From NCBI GenBank assembly GCA_949292875.1, contig CASFBJ010000020.1:81044-145043 (forward strand): a stretch of DNA of 64,000 bases. Reading direction: 5' to 3'. Positions 19,514-29,459 of this stretch are shown one piece after another. The translations under genes and the position numbers were made by a program. The number at the start of each line of letters is the position of its first letter. The first letter of the stretch is position 1. Below the pieces are notes generated by a model. The model ran no database searches and was not told where the DNA came from. It saw only the letters and a list, made by a program, of their open reading frames with translations. Origin of the DNA: an uncultured Christensenella sp. (GTDB lineage: Bacteria > Bacillota > Clostridia > Christensenellales > UBA1242).

Positions 19514-20511
19514 TAAACATGTTAAACGCTACAATTAGCGCAGGTTTAATTGCTTTATTTGTTATTCTAGGGTTGCTTCTTATAGCAATTATAGTTGTGC
19601 TAATTTTAGTACCAGTAGGTTTATGGTTTAGAGCGCTTATTTCAGGTGCACATGTGTCTATGTCAAGACTTATTGGTATGAAGCTAAGAAAAATGCCTGT
19701 TGCTGAGATTGTAAATGAATATATTAAAGCAAAAAAAGCAGGAATAAAGTTTGATATTGATGAAATGGAAAATCATAAAATGGCAGGTGGAAATCTTACA
19801 AGAGTTGTAAATGCTTTAATAGCTGCTAATAGTGCTAGAATTTCACTTCCACTTGAAGATGCAAAAGCTATAGACTTAGCGGGAAGAGATATACTTACTG
19901 CGATTAAAAATAGTGTAGACCCTTACATTATTGATATTAAAGGCATTCAAGCTATTGCTAAAGATGGCATAGAACTAATTGTTGCAGTAAGAACGACAGT
20001 TAGAATTAATATTAGTTGCTTAAGAAATGGTGCGGGTGAAGAAACAATTATTGCAAGAATTGGTGAAGGTATAGTTTCTGCTGTCGGTGGAGCAGATACT
20101 TATAGAGAAATTCTTGCTAAACCTGAACTTATATCAAGCAAAATATTAGATGCAGATTTAAGTACAGGAACTGCTTATGAAATAATCTCTTTAGATATTG
20201 CAGATATTGATGTTGGTCAAAATAAAGGAGCTCAAATAAGGAAAGAAACTGCAAAGGCAGAAACTGAAGTTGCACAAGCTAGAGCGGAGCAAAGAAGAGC
20301 AGATGCAGTTGCGTTAGAGCAAGAAATGAAAGCAGAAACACAAAGAATGAAAGCATTGGTTGTTAGTGCTGAGGCTGAAGTTCCAAAAGCTATGGCAGAA
20401 GCTTTAAGAAAAGGTAAAATTGGCGTAATGGATTATTACAAAATGCAAAATGTAGTTGCTGATACAAATATGAGAAATGCTTTTGCTGATACAGATACGA
20501 GCAATAAATAA
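19510..20511 (+). CDS. floA: flotillin-like protein FloA (UPF0365/YqfA family)
   Basis: WFRALISGAHVSMSRLIGMKLRKMP... and an Ala/Glu-rich C-terminal coiled coil, in the conserved position after nfeD. Confidence 0.88.
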   Translation: MINMLNATISAGLIALFVILGLLLIAIIVVLILVPVGLWFRALISGAHVSMSRLIGMKLRKMPVAEIVNEYIKAKKAGIKFDIDEMENHKMAGGNLTRVVNALIAANSARISLPLEDAKAIDLAGRDILTAIKNSVDPYIIDIKGIQAIAKDGIELIVAVRTTVRINISCLRNGAGEETIIARIGEGIVSAVGGADTYREILAKPELISSKILDADLSTGTAYEIISLDIADIDVGQNKGAQIRKETAKAETEVAQARAEQRRADAVALEQEMKAETQRMKALVVSAEAEVPKAMAEALRKGKIGVMDYYKMQNVVADTNMRNAFADTDTSNK

Positions 20512-20529
20512 GGGTAATGGTGAATAGGA

Positions 20530-20961
20530 ATGATATTTCTTTGGGTAGGTTTAGCGATTGTAGGGGTTTGTGCTTTTGTTTATGCTTGCTACAAGTGGAT
20601 TATTCCTGCAATAATTAAGAGCATTAAATCAAAAAAAGAAAAAAAAGAATTAGAAAATCAAGAAAAATTTAATGAAGTGCAACTTGCTAGTAAAGATACA
20701 GTTATTACAGGTGTTAAACCTGAAGAAGTTGAATATGGTAGCAATAGAGAAGAATATTCATATGTAAAAAATATTGATGATAATGCAGTGCAAGATAAAA
20801 ATGCTTTATTAGATGTAGAAGATGAAGATTTTGATAAATTTTTAAAAAGTTTAGAAAATGAAAAGAACGATAATATTAAAAATGAAATAAAACATGCTAG
20901 CCCTAAGCTTAAAGCAATATTAATGTCGGGCGTTTTGCAAGATAAAAAATATGATGAATAA
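20530..20961 (+). CDS. membrane-anchored acidic protein (YqfB-position, hypothetical)
   Basis: An N-terminal TM followed by a K/E/D-rich tail; third gene of the nfeD-floA cluster. Confidence 0.55.
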   Translation: MIFLWVGLAIVGVCAFVYACYKWIIPAIIKSIKSKKEKKELENQEKFNEVQLASKDTVITGVKPEEVEYGSNREEYSYVKNIDDNAVQDKNALLDVEDEDFDKFLKSLENEKNDNIKNEIKHASPKLKAILMSGVLQDKKYDE

Positions 20962-20975
20962 AGAGGAATAGGTGT

Positions 20976-21620
20976 ATGAAAAAGTTATTAGTTAGTCCAC
21001 AACAATTATGTAAAGATATAGATAAGGCAATAAAAGTAGATAAAGAATTTATGTATAATGTTGATGCAAAAGTTGCTTCAATGTCACTAATTTTACCTCC
21101 TGCAGAGAAAACTAATAAGAAAACAAAATGGGGTAAGATAAGTTCTTGTTCTAAAGTTTATAAGGACCTTAAAGAACTTAAAAAAGCAGTAGTTTCTTAT
21201 AAGATAAGTATTAAAGAAGGCGAAATTTCTAGTTTTGATGAATGTAAACTTGATTTAGCAATGACAGATTTTGCTTTAAAGTTTAAGGAAAATGTAAAAA
21301 ATATAATACTAAACAAAATTGTCGCTCAAAAAGATGAAAGAGGTTTTTGGGACGATTTGTTAAACTTATTTGATGAAATAGGTTATCAATTAATAAACGA
21401 TAGTGAGCTTTTTGCATCACTAGGTAGATATGGCTTAGCGCTAAAGAAGAAGAAAGAGAAGGAAGCGCAAGAAGAACTTGAAAGATTAAATGCACATATG
21501 CAAATGCTACAACAAGAACAAGAGAGACTAAGACAAGAAAAGGTTGAAGCTGAAGAAACATTTGAACCTGAGATTGTTACAAGAAAAGATAAAGAACAAG
21601 AAACAGAAAGAACAATGTAA
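20976..21620 (+). CDS. hypothetical coiled-coil protein (K/E-rich C-terminus)
   Basis: GGAATAGG-type RBS. The C-terminus is KKKKEKEAQEELERLNAHMQMLQQEQERLRQEKVEAEE. Confidence 0.6.
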   Translation: MKKLLVSPQQLCKDIDKAIKVDKEFMYNVDAKVASMSLILPPAEKTNKKTKWGKISSCSKVYKDLKELKKAVVSYKISIKEGEISSFDECKLDLAMTDFALKFKENVKNIILNKIVAQKDERGFWDDLLNLFDEIGYQLINDSELFASLGRYGLALKKKKEKEAQEELERLNAHMQMLQQEQERLRQEKVEAEETFEPEIVTRKDKEQETERTM

Positions 21621-21665
21621 TATAAGACATTTGCATTAGGATTAATTTATATATATAATGATACG

Positions 21666-21690
21666 CACGCACGCGTGCGTGTTTAAATTA
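21666..21690 (+). terminator. GC-rich palindrome CACGCACGCGTGCGTG followed by TTTAAATT; probable terminator
   Basis: A perfect 16-nt palindrome at 21666-21681 in an otherwise AT-rich spacer. Confidence 0.4.
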
Positions 21691-21976
21691 GATTTAAAAT
21701 ATAGCATTACACAAATATATTAGATAGCATATAAAATTTTAGGTTTATTTATAATAATATCTAAAATTTAATGATAGTGCTTTTCTTATATGGAAATCTC
21801 GCAAGGTAATGAGAAAATTTTATTCTCTTTATACGGGATAGATAACTTTAATCTAGTCCTTAATTAACTTTTTCAAATTCTAGGGTAGAGTTGTTCACTT
21901 ATGATAAATATAAGGAAATAGATTTCTTGCAATATGTTTATAGTGGCATAAATAAATTGAAATAATTTTTTGTTGG

Positions 21977-22007
21977 AAAAAGCGAAAAAATAGTCGCTTT
22001 TTCTTTT
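21977..22007. terminator. orphan (possibly bidirectional) intrinsic terminator
   Basis: AAAGCGA-8 nt-TCGCTTT flanked by an A-run and TTCTTTT. No annotated gene ends here. Confidence 0.5.
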
Positions 22008-22074
22008 ATAAAAAGATTTTCTAATTTTTTTCTTATGATTTTGTTAAAAAAATAAAAAAAGTTTTAAAATATTC

Positions 22075-22103
22075 TTGACATTAGTTATATGTTTATGTAT
22101 AAT
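22075..22103 (+). promoter_or_regulatory. perfect consensus sigma-A promoter of the S10 operon (TTGACA-17-TATAAT)
   Basis: TTGACA at 22075-22080 and TATAAT at 22098-22103. Confidence 0.8.
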
Positions 22104-22319
22104 TAGATAATTGCTGTTGTAATTGGGGCGAGGTAAAAGGTTACTATGCGCTGGCAAAGCGTAAAGAGAACTTTTGCTGACAAGTGTCTGAAGCCAATTC
22201 AGGCGACAATCTTTACGACAATCACGCAATTTTTTTTAGCGCGATTACAGCAAACACACGGCTCGTTGTGTATGTCGGGAGATTGGATAAGGTTTACTAT
22301 AAGGAGGAGAACAAACCAA
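22104..22319 (+). promoter_or_regulatory. long (about 210 nt) relatively GC-rich 5' leader of rpsJ; candidate autoregulatory leader RNA
   Basis: Hairpins at 22148-22162 (loop GGCAA) and 22185-22205 (loop GCCAA). Direct repeat CGACAATC x2 at 22204-22211 and 22216-22223. T8 run at 22230-22237. Confidence 0.45.
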
Positions 22320-22631
22320 ATGGCTACACAAAAAATGAGAATTAAATTAAAAGCTTTTGACCATATGTTGCTTGACCAAGTAACTAGCAGAATTATAGAC
22401 ACTGCAAACAAAGTTGGTTGCAAGGTATCTGGTCCTATACCACTTCCTACAGATAAGGAAGTTATAACTATTATGCGCGGACCTTTTGTTGATAAGGATA
22501 GCCGTGAGCAATTTGAAATTCGTACACACAAAAGGGTAATAGATATATACAGCCCTTCATCTAAATCAGTAGAAACTCTAATGAAAATAGATTTACCAGC
22601 TGGCGTAGATGTGAAAATTAAGTTATTGTAA
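22320..22631 (+). CDS. rpsJ: 30S ribosomal protein S10
   Basis: [15 protein letters not shown]...; AGGAGG at 22302-22307. The track ORF start 22146 is an upstream read-through extension. Confidence 0.97.
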   Translation: MATQKMRIKLKAFDHMLLDQVTSRIIDTANKVGCKVSGPIPLPTDKEVITIMRGPFVDKDSREQFEIRTHKRVIDIYSPSSKSVETLMKIDLPAGVDVKIKLL

Positions 22632-22644
22632 GAGGTGAATAGAA

Positions 22645-23280
22645 ATGAATAAAGCAATATTAGGAAGAAAGTTAGGCATGACTCAAGTTTTCACAGATAA
22701 AGGAACTGTTGTACCTGTTACTGTTATAGAAGCTGGTCCATGCGTAGTAACTCAAAAGAAAACATTAGAGAAAGACGGTTATGACGCTATACAAGTTGCT
22801 TTTGGCGATATTAAAGCTAATAAGTTAAATAAGCCTGCACAAGGTATATTTAAAAAAGCTGGAGTAGATGCTAAGAGGTATTTGAAAGAGTTTAAACTTG
22901 CAGATACAAGTGCATACGAAGTAGGTTCTACTATTACTTGCGGTATTTTCCAAGCAGGTGAAAAAGTAGATGTTACAGGTATTTCTAAGGGACATGGTTT
23001 TTCTGGTGTTATAAAGAGATGGGGCTCTGCAAGAATAAGAATGTCACATGGTGCAGGTCCATGTCATAGATTCACAGGATCTTTGGGCGCAAGCTCTACA
23101 CCATCAAGAGTGCTAAAGGGTAAACGCATGCCAGGAAGATTTGGTAACGATGTTACAACTATACAAAATTTAGATGTAGTTAAGGTAGATGAAGTTCGTA
23201 ATATTATTTTGGTTAAGGGTGCTATCCCTGGAGCAAAAGGCGGATTAGTTTATCTTAAGAATGCAGTGAAAGTAAGATAA
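22645..23280 (+). CDS. rplC: 50S ribosomal protein L3
   Basis: ILGRKLGMTQVF..., and operon order. Confidence 0.97.
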   Translation: MNKAILGRKLGMTQVFTDKGTVVPVTVIEAGPCVVTQKKTLEKDGYDAIQVAFGDIKANKLNKPAQGIFKKAGVDAKRYLKEFKLADTSAYEVGSTITCGIFQAGEKVDVTGISKGHGFSGVIKRWGSARIRMSHGAGPCHRFTGSLGASSTPSRVLKGKRMPGRFGNDVTTIQNLDVVKVDEVRNIILVKGAIPGAKGGLVYLKNAVKVR

Positions 23281-23293
23281 GGGAGAGAACGAT

Positions 23294-23917
23294 ATGCCAA
23301 AAATTAAGATATACGATACCTCAGCTAATGAAGTTGGTCAATTGAAGTTAAGTGATGATGTATTTAATGTTCCATACAATGAAGCACTTATTCATGAAGT
23401 TATAGTTGCTTATTTGGCTAACAATAGACAAGGTACACAAAGTGCGCTTACAAGAAGCGAAGTTAGAGGACATGCTAAGAAACCTTGGAGACAAAAGGGT
23501 ACAGGTAGAGCAAGACACAGTTCAACTAAGTCTCCTATTTGGACAGGTGGAGGTGTAGCATTTGCTCCTAAACCTAGAGATTACTCTAAGAAGGTAAATA
23601 AAAAAGCAAAAGTTGTTGCATTTTTAAGTGCTTTTAGTACAAAACTTGCAAATAACGAAGTTATAGTTATTAAAGAATGGGATTTAGCTGAACCTAAAAC
23701 TAAGTTGATGCAAAAGATTGTTGATAATTTCAATTTAGTAGGTAGAAATGCAATAGTTTTAGATGATGCTAATCCAGTTGTTATTAAAGCTTCAAACAAC
23801 ATTCAAAAGCTTGATGTTATAGATGTTGAGTTGTTAAATACTTATGAAGTAGTAAGTAACAATAAACTTATTATGACAGAAGCAACAATAAAACATTTAG
23901 AGGAGGCTTTTAAGTAA
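23294..23917 (+). CDS. rplD: 50S ribosomal protein L4
   Basis: GTQSALTRSEVRGHAKKPWRQKGTGRARHSS. Confidence 0.97.
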   Translation: MPKIKIYDTSANEVGQLKLSDDVFNVPYNEALIHEVIVAYLANNRQGTQSALTRSEVRGHAKKPWRQKGTGRARHSSTKSPIWTGGGVAFAPKPRDYSKKVNKKAKVVAFLSAFSTKLANNEVIVIKEWDLAEPKTKLMQKIVDNFNLVGRNAIVLDDANPVVIKASNNIQKLDVIDVELLNTYEVVSNNKLIMTEATIKHLEEAFK

Positions 23918-23918
23918 T

Positions 23919-24221
23919 ATGAACGCATATGAAATTATAGTAAGACCTGTTTTAACTGAAAAAAGTTACGCAGGTATACAAAATAAAGTTTATACTTTTA
24001 TTGTAAATAAAGATGCAACTAAGATTGATATTAAAAATGCAGTAAAAGAAATATTTAAGGTAGATGTTGCAAAAGTAAATACCATAAATTACAAGCCAAC
24101 TACTAAAATTCAAAATACCAAAGCAGGAAGAACTAAGGGTAAAACTGCAAGTTACAAAAAAGCAATAGTTACTCTTACTGAAGATAGTAAACCTATCGAA
24201 TTCTTCGAGAGCTTAAACTAA
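23919..24221 (+). CDS. rplW: 50S ribosomal protein L23
   Basis: IIVRPVLTEKS...; operon order. Confidence 0.96.
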   Translation: MNAYEIIVRPVLTEKSYAGIQNKVYTFIVNKDATKIDIKNAVKEIFKVDVAKVNTINYKPTTKIQNTKAGRTKGKTASYKKAIVTLTEDSKPIEFFESLN

Positions 24222-24239
24222 TTTGGGAGGAAAGAAAAA

Positions 24240-25073
24240 ATGGCTATAAAGAAAAGAAAACCAACCTCCGCAGCACAAAGATTTGTATCTGTAGCAGATT
24301 TTACTGAGATTTCTAAGGTTAAACCTGAAAAAAGTTTACTTGTTTCATTAAATAAAACAGGTGGTAGAAATAATCAAGGTAAGATAACTGTTAGACACAT
24401 AGGCGGTGGTAACAGAGTTAAATATCGTATAGTTGATTTTAAGAGAAATAAGGACAATATTCCTGCAACTGTTAAAACTATAGAATACGATCCAAATAGA
24501 AATGCTTACATTGCATTAGTTGTTTATGCAGATGGTGAAAAAAGATATATATTAGCACCTCTTGGATTAAATATTGGCGATACAATAATGAGTGGTGAAG
24601 ATGTAGAAATAAAAGTTGGAAATTGTCTTCCTCTTGAAAATATACCTGTAGGTTCAACTGTTCACAATATTGAGTTTGAGCCTAAAAAGGGTGGAGCTAT
24701 AGCTCGTTCTGCTGGTAACTCTGCTGTTATTATGGCTTGTGAAGGAAAGTACTGTATCCTTCGTATGCCATCAGGTGAAAGAAGAAAAGTTCCTGCAAAA
24801 TGTAGAGCTACTTTAGGTAGAGTAGGTAATCCAGAATACGAACTTATATCTATAGGTAAAGCTGGAAGAAAGAGACATATGGGTGTTCGTCCTACTGTTC
24901 GTGGTTCTGTTATGAACCCAGTTGATCACCCACACGGAGGTGGTGAAGGTAAAAGCCCTATCGGTAGAGCTAGACCTGAAACTCCATGGGGTAAGCCAGC
25001 TCTTGGTTATAAGACTAGAAACAAAAAGAAGGCAAGCAGTCGCTTAATTATCAAGCGTGCTTCTGATAAGTAA
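24240..25073 (+). CDS. rplB: 50S ribosomal protein L2
   Basis: [26 protein letters not shown]. Confidence 0.98.
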   Translation: MAIKKRKPTSAAQRFVSVADFTEISKVKPEKSLLVSLNKTGGRNNQGKITVRHIGGGNRVKYRIVDFKRNKDNIPATVKTIEYDPNRNAYIALVVYADGEKRYILAPLGLNIGDTIMSGEDVEIKVGNCLPLENIPVGSTVHNIEFEPKKGGAIARSAGNSAVIMACEGKYCILRMPSGERRKVPAKCRATLGRVGNPEYELISIGKAGRKRHMGVRPTVRGSVMNPVDHPHGGGEGKSPIGRARPETPWGKPALGYKTRNKKKASSRLIIKRASDK

Positions 25074-25084
25074 GAGGTGTAATT

Positions 25085-25363
25085 ATGAGTAGATCAATGA
25101 AAAAGAAACCTTTCGTTCAAGAAAGACTTATGAAAAGAGTTGAAAAAATGAATGAAACTGGTGAGAAGAAAGCTATTAAAACTTGGTCTAGAGATTCTGT
25201 AATTTATCCAGAATTTATAGGACACACTATAGCTGTTCATAATGGTAAAAAGCACATTCCTGTTTACTGTACAAATGATATGGTAGGACATAAATTAGGT
25301 GAGTTTGCTCCTACTCGTACATTTAAAGGACATCGTGCACAAAAAGTTAAGGCGAAGAAGTAA
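25085..25363 (+). CDS. rpsS: 30S ribosomal protein S19
   Basis: [16 protein letters not shown]...[16 protein letters not shown]. Confidence 0.97.
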   Translation: MSRSMKKKPFVQERLMKRVEKMNETGEKKAIKTWSRDSVIYPEFIGHTIAVHNGKKHIPVYCTNDMVGHKLGEFAPTRTFKGHRAQKVKAKK

Positions 25364-25378
25364 GGGAGGTAAAATAGC

Positions 25379-25768
25379 ATGGCAAAAAGAATAAGAGAAA
25401 AAGCAATACAAAGAAAAGAAAATGCTGACAAAAGACCTTCTGCATATCTTCCTAATGTAAAAATAAGTGTGAGTAAAGTTAGACTAGTTTTAGATAAGGT
25501 TAGAGGAAAGAAGGCTAATGAGGCTGTAGCAATTTTGTCATATATGCCTAACTCATCTGCTCCTATAGTTAAGAAATTAATACTTTCTGCTATGGCAAAT
25601 GCTGAAGTTAAAGGTATGGACAAAGATGCGCTTAAGGTCGCAGAAATATACTGCACACAAGGACCTATATACAATAAAAAATTAAATATCCGTGGTCGTG
25701 GAAGAGCTGATGTGATTATAAGAAGAGGAAGTCATATCACTGTAATATTAGACCAAGTAGAAGCATAA
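25379..25768 (+). CDS. rplV: 50S ribosomal protein L22
   Basis: ISVSKVRLVLDKVRGKKANEAVAIL; operon order. Confidence 0.96.
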   Translation: MAKRIREKAIQRKENADKRPSAYLPNVKISVSKVRLVLDKVRGKKANEAVAILSYMPNSSAPIVKKLILSAMANAEVKGMDKDALKVAEIYCTQGPIYNKKLNIRGRGRADVIIRRGSHITVILDQVEA

Positions 25769-25781
25769 AAGGAGAAGTATT

Positions 25782-26453
25782 ATGGGACAAAAAGTTAGTC
25801 CGGTTGCATTAAGAGTCGGAATAAATAGAGATTGGTCTAGTGCATGGTTTGCTGACAAAAAATCTTTTTCTAAGTATTTGGGTGAAGATTATAAAATCAG
25901 AGAATTTTTGAACAAGAAATATAAAACTTGCGCTATATCTAAGATAGTTCTAGAAAGAACTGATAAAAAATTAGTTGTTTCTATATATACTGCTAGACCT
26001 GGTATGCTTATTGGTACTAAGGGCGCTGGTATAGAAACTTTAAGAAAAGATGTTGCAAAATTTACAGATTTTAATAACATCGTTATAAATATCAAAGAAG
26101 TTAAAAGGCCTGATTGTGATGCTTCACTTATAGCACAAAGTATAGCTACACAATTAGAAAAGAGAGTAAAGGCTAAACAAGCCGTAAACTTTGTTTTACA
26201 AAAAGCTGTTAAGACTGGTATAAAGGGTATCAAGATTCTAGTAAGTGGAAGAATAGACGGAAACGAAAGAGCTAGAGGAGATGTATACAGAGAGGGAACT
26301 ATACCTTTGCATACAATAAAAAATGATATAGATTATGCCACTGCAACTGCTCATACAATCTATGGTGCTGTTGGTGTTAAAGTTTGGATAAACAATGGGG
26401 AAAAATATTCTCTTAGACCAAAGACTTCAAAGGAAGAGGGAGGTAATAACTAA
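25782..26453 (+). CDS. rpsC: 30S ribosomal protein S3
   Basis: [20 protein letters not shown]..., with KH and S3-C domains. Confidence 0.98.
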   Translation: MGQKVSPVALRVGINRDWSSAWFADKKSFSKYLGEDYKIREFLNKKYKTCAISKIVLERTDKKLVVSIYTARPGMLIGTKGAGIETLRKDVAKFTDFNNIVINIKEVKRPDCDASLIAQSIATQLEKRVKAKQAVNFVLQKAVKTGIKGIKILVSGRIDGNERARGDVYREGTIPLHTIKNDIDYATATAHTIYGAVGVKVWINNGEKYSLRPKTSKEEGGNN

Positions 26454-26455
26454 TT

Positions 26456-26899
26456 ATGTTGATGCCTAAGAAAGTTGAGAGAAGAAAAGTTTTTCGCGGA
26501 AGAATGAAAGGAAAAGCTCTTAGAGGTAATAAAATTGCCTATGGCGAATACGCATTAGTCGCACTAGAACCTTGCCAAATTACATCAAATCAAATAGAAG
26601 CAGCTAGAAGAGCCGCAACTCGTTTCACAAAGAGAGGCGGTAAAATCTGGATAAATATTTTCCCTAATAAGCCAATAAGCAGAAAAGCTATAGGACAAAG
26701 AATGGGTAAAGGAAAAGGTGCTTTAGATTATTGGGCTGCAGTAGTTAAACCAGGTCGTGTACTTTTTGAAATTGCAGGTGTTAGTGAAGAAAAAGCTAAA
26801 GAAGCTTTCCGTTTGTCTTCACACAAATTGCCTTGCAAAGTAAAGTTTGTTAAAAAAGAAACGACCGCCGAGCAGGAGGTTGTAAAAGATGAAAAGTAG
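26456..26899 (+). CDS. rplP: 50S ribosomal protein L16
   Basis: [19 protein letters not shown].... Confidence 0.97.
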   Translation: MLMPKKVERRKVFRGRMKGKALRGNKIAYGEYALVALEPCQITSNQIEAARRAATRFTKRGGKIWINIFPNKPISRKAIGQRMGKGKGALDYWAAVVKPGRVLFEIAGVSEEKAKEAFRLSSHKLPCKVKFVKKETTAEQEVVKDEK

Positions 26900-27092
26900 T
26901 GATATAAGACAAATGACTAATGAGGAATTAACAGTGAAACTTGCTGAAGTAAAACAAGAATTGTTAAATTTGCGTTTTGCACACGCTACAGGTTCATTGA
27001 AAAATCCTAAGCAAATAACAATGTTAAAGAAAGATGTAGCTAAGATAATGACTATATTAAAACAAAGAGAATTAGCTGCTATTGAGGATTAA
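26889..27092 (+). CDS. rpmC: 50S ribosomal protein L29
   Basis: Overlaps the rplP end; [18 protein letters not shown]. Confidence 0.95.
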   Translation: MKSSDIRQMTNEELTVKLAEVKQELLNLRFAHATGSLKNPKQITMLKKDVAKIMTILKQRELAAIED

Positions 27093-27106
27093 GGTGAGGA
27101 GGATAT

Positions 27107-27382
27107 ATGGAAAAAGTGCAATCAAATGTTGAAAGAAATTTGCGTAAACACATGATAGGTGTAGTTGTAAGCGATAAGATGGACAAGACAATTGTAGTTG
27201 CTATTGAGCGTAATGTTCCTCATCCAATCTATAAAAAGGTTGTTAAGAAAACTACTAAGTTTAAAGTTCACGATGAAAAAAATGAATGCAATGTTGGAGA
27301 CATTGTAGAAATAGCAGAAACAAGACATTTAAGCAAGGATAAATATTTTAGACTTGTAAGAATAATAGAGAAGGCTAAGTAA
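27107..27382 (+). CDS. rpsQ: 30S ribosomal protein S17
   Basis: [24 protein letters not shown]. Confidence 0.96.
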   Translation: MEKVQSNVERNLRKHMIGVVVSDKMDKTIVVAIERNVPHPIYKKVVKKTTKFKVHDEKNECNVGDIVEIAETRHLSKDKYFRLVRIIEKAK

Positions 27383-27395
27383 AGGAGTATATGAT

Positions 27396-27773
27396 ATGGT
27401 ACAACCACAAACAATATTAAAAGTTGCCGATAACACGGGTGCAAAAACCATTATGTGTATTCGTGTACTTGGCGGTAGTAAAAGAAAATACGCTAGTGTT
27501 GGCGATATAATAGTGGCAAGTGTCAAAACAGCTACTCCGGGAACTACTGGTGCTGGAGCTAAAGGTAAAGTTGTTCATGCTGTAGTTGTGAGAACATCTA
27601 AAGAGATAAATCGTAAAGATGGTACTCACATTTGCTTTGATGACAATGCTGCTGTAATATTATCTAAGGACAATGTTCAACCTGAAGGTACAAGAATATT
27701 TGGTCCTGTAGCAAGAGAATTAAGAGATAGAGGATTCTTAAAAATATGTTCTCTAGCTGTTGAAGTATTGTAA
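27396..27773 (+). CDS. rplN: 50S ribosomal protein L14
   Basis: [10 protein letters not shown]...[10 protein letters not shown]. Confidence 0.97.
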   Translation: MVQPQTILKVADNTGAKTIMCIRVLGGSKRKYASVGDIIVASVKTATPGTTGAGAKGKVVHAVVVRTSKEINRKDGTHICFDDNAAVILSKDNVQPEGTRIFGPVARELRDRGFLKICSLAVEVL

Positions 27774-27786
27774 AGGAGAATGTAAT

Positions 27787-28263
27787 ATGACTAAATTAAA
27801 TATTAAAACTGGTGATAATGTACTAGTTATTGCTGGTAAAGATAAAGGCAAAGTTTCAGTAGTTTCTTCTACATCTCCTAAACAAGGTAAGGTATGTGTT
27901 CAAGATGTAAATGTACAAACTAAACACGTTAAAGCTAGAAGAGCTAATGAAAAAAGTGAAATAAAGAAAATAGAGGGATTAATTGACATTTCTAATGTCA
28001 TGGTTGTTTGCCCTAGTTGTAATAAAGCTACTAGAGTAGCTAGAAAAGAAGTAGATGGAAAGATGGTTAGAGTATGTAAGAAGTGTGGTGCAGTGTTAGA
28101 CACTGATAAGAAAGTAGCTAAAGCTACTAAAGCTGCTAAAACAGCTAAATCATCAACAAAGAAAACTTCAAGTACAGTTGCGAAGAGCGGAGTTAAGAAA
28201 CAAACAGCTAAAGGTGCTACAAATAGAGTAGTAAAGAGAGGCGATAAAGGAGGAAGTAAGTAA
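27787..28263 (+). CDS. rplX: 50S ribosomal protein L24, long form with a Cys4 motif and a Lys/Ala/Thr-rich C-terminal tail
   Basis: [22 protein letters not shown] (KOW). ATG at 27787 follows AAAGGAGAA. CPSC...CKKC motif. About 55 extra C-terminal residues. Confidence 0.93.
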   Translation: MTKLNIKTGDNVLVIAGKDKGKVSVVSSTSPKQGKVCVQDVNVQTKHVKARRANEKSEIKKIEGLIDISNVMVVCPSCNKATRVARKEVDGKMVRVCKKCGAVLDTDKKVAKATKAAKTAKSSTKKTSSTVAKSGVKKQTAKGATNRVVKRGDKGGSK

Positions 28264-28264
28264 T

Positions 28265-28837
28265 ATGGCTACTAAAAAAGAATTAGAAGATTCAAAGTTA
28301 AGTAGATTACAAGTTATGTACAAAAAAGAAATAGTTCCTGCTTTAATGAAAGAATTTGGATACAAAAATATTAATCAAGTTCCTAAAATTGAAAAAGTAG
28401 TACTTAACATGGGCTTAGGTCAAGAAAAAGGAAACTCAAAGAGCTTCAACTTAGCTGTAGAAGAACTTGGACTTATCGCTGGTCAAAAACCACTTGTAGT
28501 TACAGCTAAAAAGTCGGTCGCTAATTTTAAGTTAAGACAAGGTGATAAAATTGGTGCTAAGGTTACATTAAGAGGAAAAAATATGTACGACTTTATAGAT
28601 AGGCTAGTTTCAGTAGCTCTACCAAGAGTTAGAGATTTTAGAGGTATTTCACCAAAGACTTTTGATGGTAGAGGAAATTATGCTTTAGGAATAAAGGAAC
28701 AAATAATTTTCCCAGAAATCTCTTACGAAAAAGTAGAAAGAACAAGAGGTTTTGATGTAATTATAGTAACTACTGCAAATACTGATGCAGAAGCATTGGC
28801 TTTGCTTAAAAAAATGGGATTCCCATTTAAAGGTTAA
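28265..28837 (+). CDS. rplE: 50S ribosomal protein L5
   Basis: LNMGLG...; [28 protein letters not shown]. Confidence 0.97.
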   Translation: MATKKELEDSKLSRLQVMYKKEIVPALMKEFGYKNINQVPKIEKVVLNMGLGQEKGNSKSFNLAVEELGLIAGQKPLVVTAKKSVANFKLRQGDKIGAKVTLRGKNMYDFIDRLVSVALPRVRDFRGISPKTFDGRGNYALGIKEQIIFPEISYEKVERTRGFDVIIVTTANTDAEALALLKKMGFPFKG

Positions 28838-28847
28838 GGAGATAAAT

Positions 28848-29033
28848 ATGGCAAGAAAAGCGTTAAAAGAAAAACAAAAAAGAGTACAAAAATATTCTAC
28901 TAGAAATTATTCACGTTGTAGCATTTGTGGTAGACCTCATGCAGTACTTAGAAAATATGGCATCTGCCGTATTTGTTTCAGAGAACTTGCGTATAAAGGT
29001 GAGATACCTGGTTGCAAGAAGGCTAGTTGGTAA
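28848..29033 (+). CDS. rpsZ: 30S ribosomal protein S14 type Z (zinc-binding, 61 aa)
   Basis: [10 protein letters not shown]...[25 protein letters not shown]...W. The track start 28785 is an in-frame extension inside rplE. Confidence 0.95.
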   Translation: MARKALKEKQKRVQKYSTRNYSRCSICGRPHAVLRKYGICRICFRELAYKGEIPGCKKASW

Positions 29034-29048
29034 GGGGGTATAGAGCAA

Positions 29049-29447
29049 ATGGTACTTACAGATACAATTGCTGATATGTTAACTCGTATCAGAAATATTA
29101 TTATGGTAAAGGGCGAATCAGTAGATATCCCTGCAAGTAAAGAAAAAATCGCAATCAGCGAGATTTTACTTAACGAAGGTTATATCAAAGGCTATGAAGT
29201 TTTGGAAAATGGTATAGCTAAAACTATTCGTATAACTCTTAAGTATGGTCCTAATGGTGAAAAAGTTATTCAAGGATTAAAGAGAATATCTAAACCAGGT
29301 TTAAGAGTTTATGTAGAAGCAAGTAAATTACCTAAAGTTATTAACGGACTTGGTATCGCTATAGTTTCTACAAATAAAGGAATTTTAACAGACAAGCAAG
29401 CTAGAGAACTAAACGTTGGTGGCGAAGTTCTTTGCTATGTTTGGTAA
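29049..29447 (+). CDS. rpsH: 30S ribosomal protein S8
   Basis: [12 protein letters not shown]...; operon order. Confidence 0.97.
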   Translation: MVLTDTIADMLTRIRNIIMVKGESVDIPASKEKIAISEILLNEGYIKGYEVLENGIAKTIRITLKYGPNGEKVIQGLKRISKPGLRVYVEASKLPKVINGLGIAIVSTNKGILTDKQARELNVGGEVLCYVW

Positions 29448-29459
29448 GGAGAGTGTGAA

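Noticed and set aside
21666-21681. Perfect GC palindrome CACGCACGCGTGCGTG as a possible protein operator or recombination site
   Set aside because: It is a single copy located 45 nt after a stop codon. It is most simply explained as a terminator hairpin (6-bp stem after allowing for a loop), although the U-tract is weak.
22146-22319. N-terminal 58-codon extension of the rpsJ ORF (the track start at 22146)
   Set aside because: S10 homology begins at [11 protein letters not shown] (22320), which has its own AGGAGG SD. The upstream part is the untranslated leader and happens to be open in frame.
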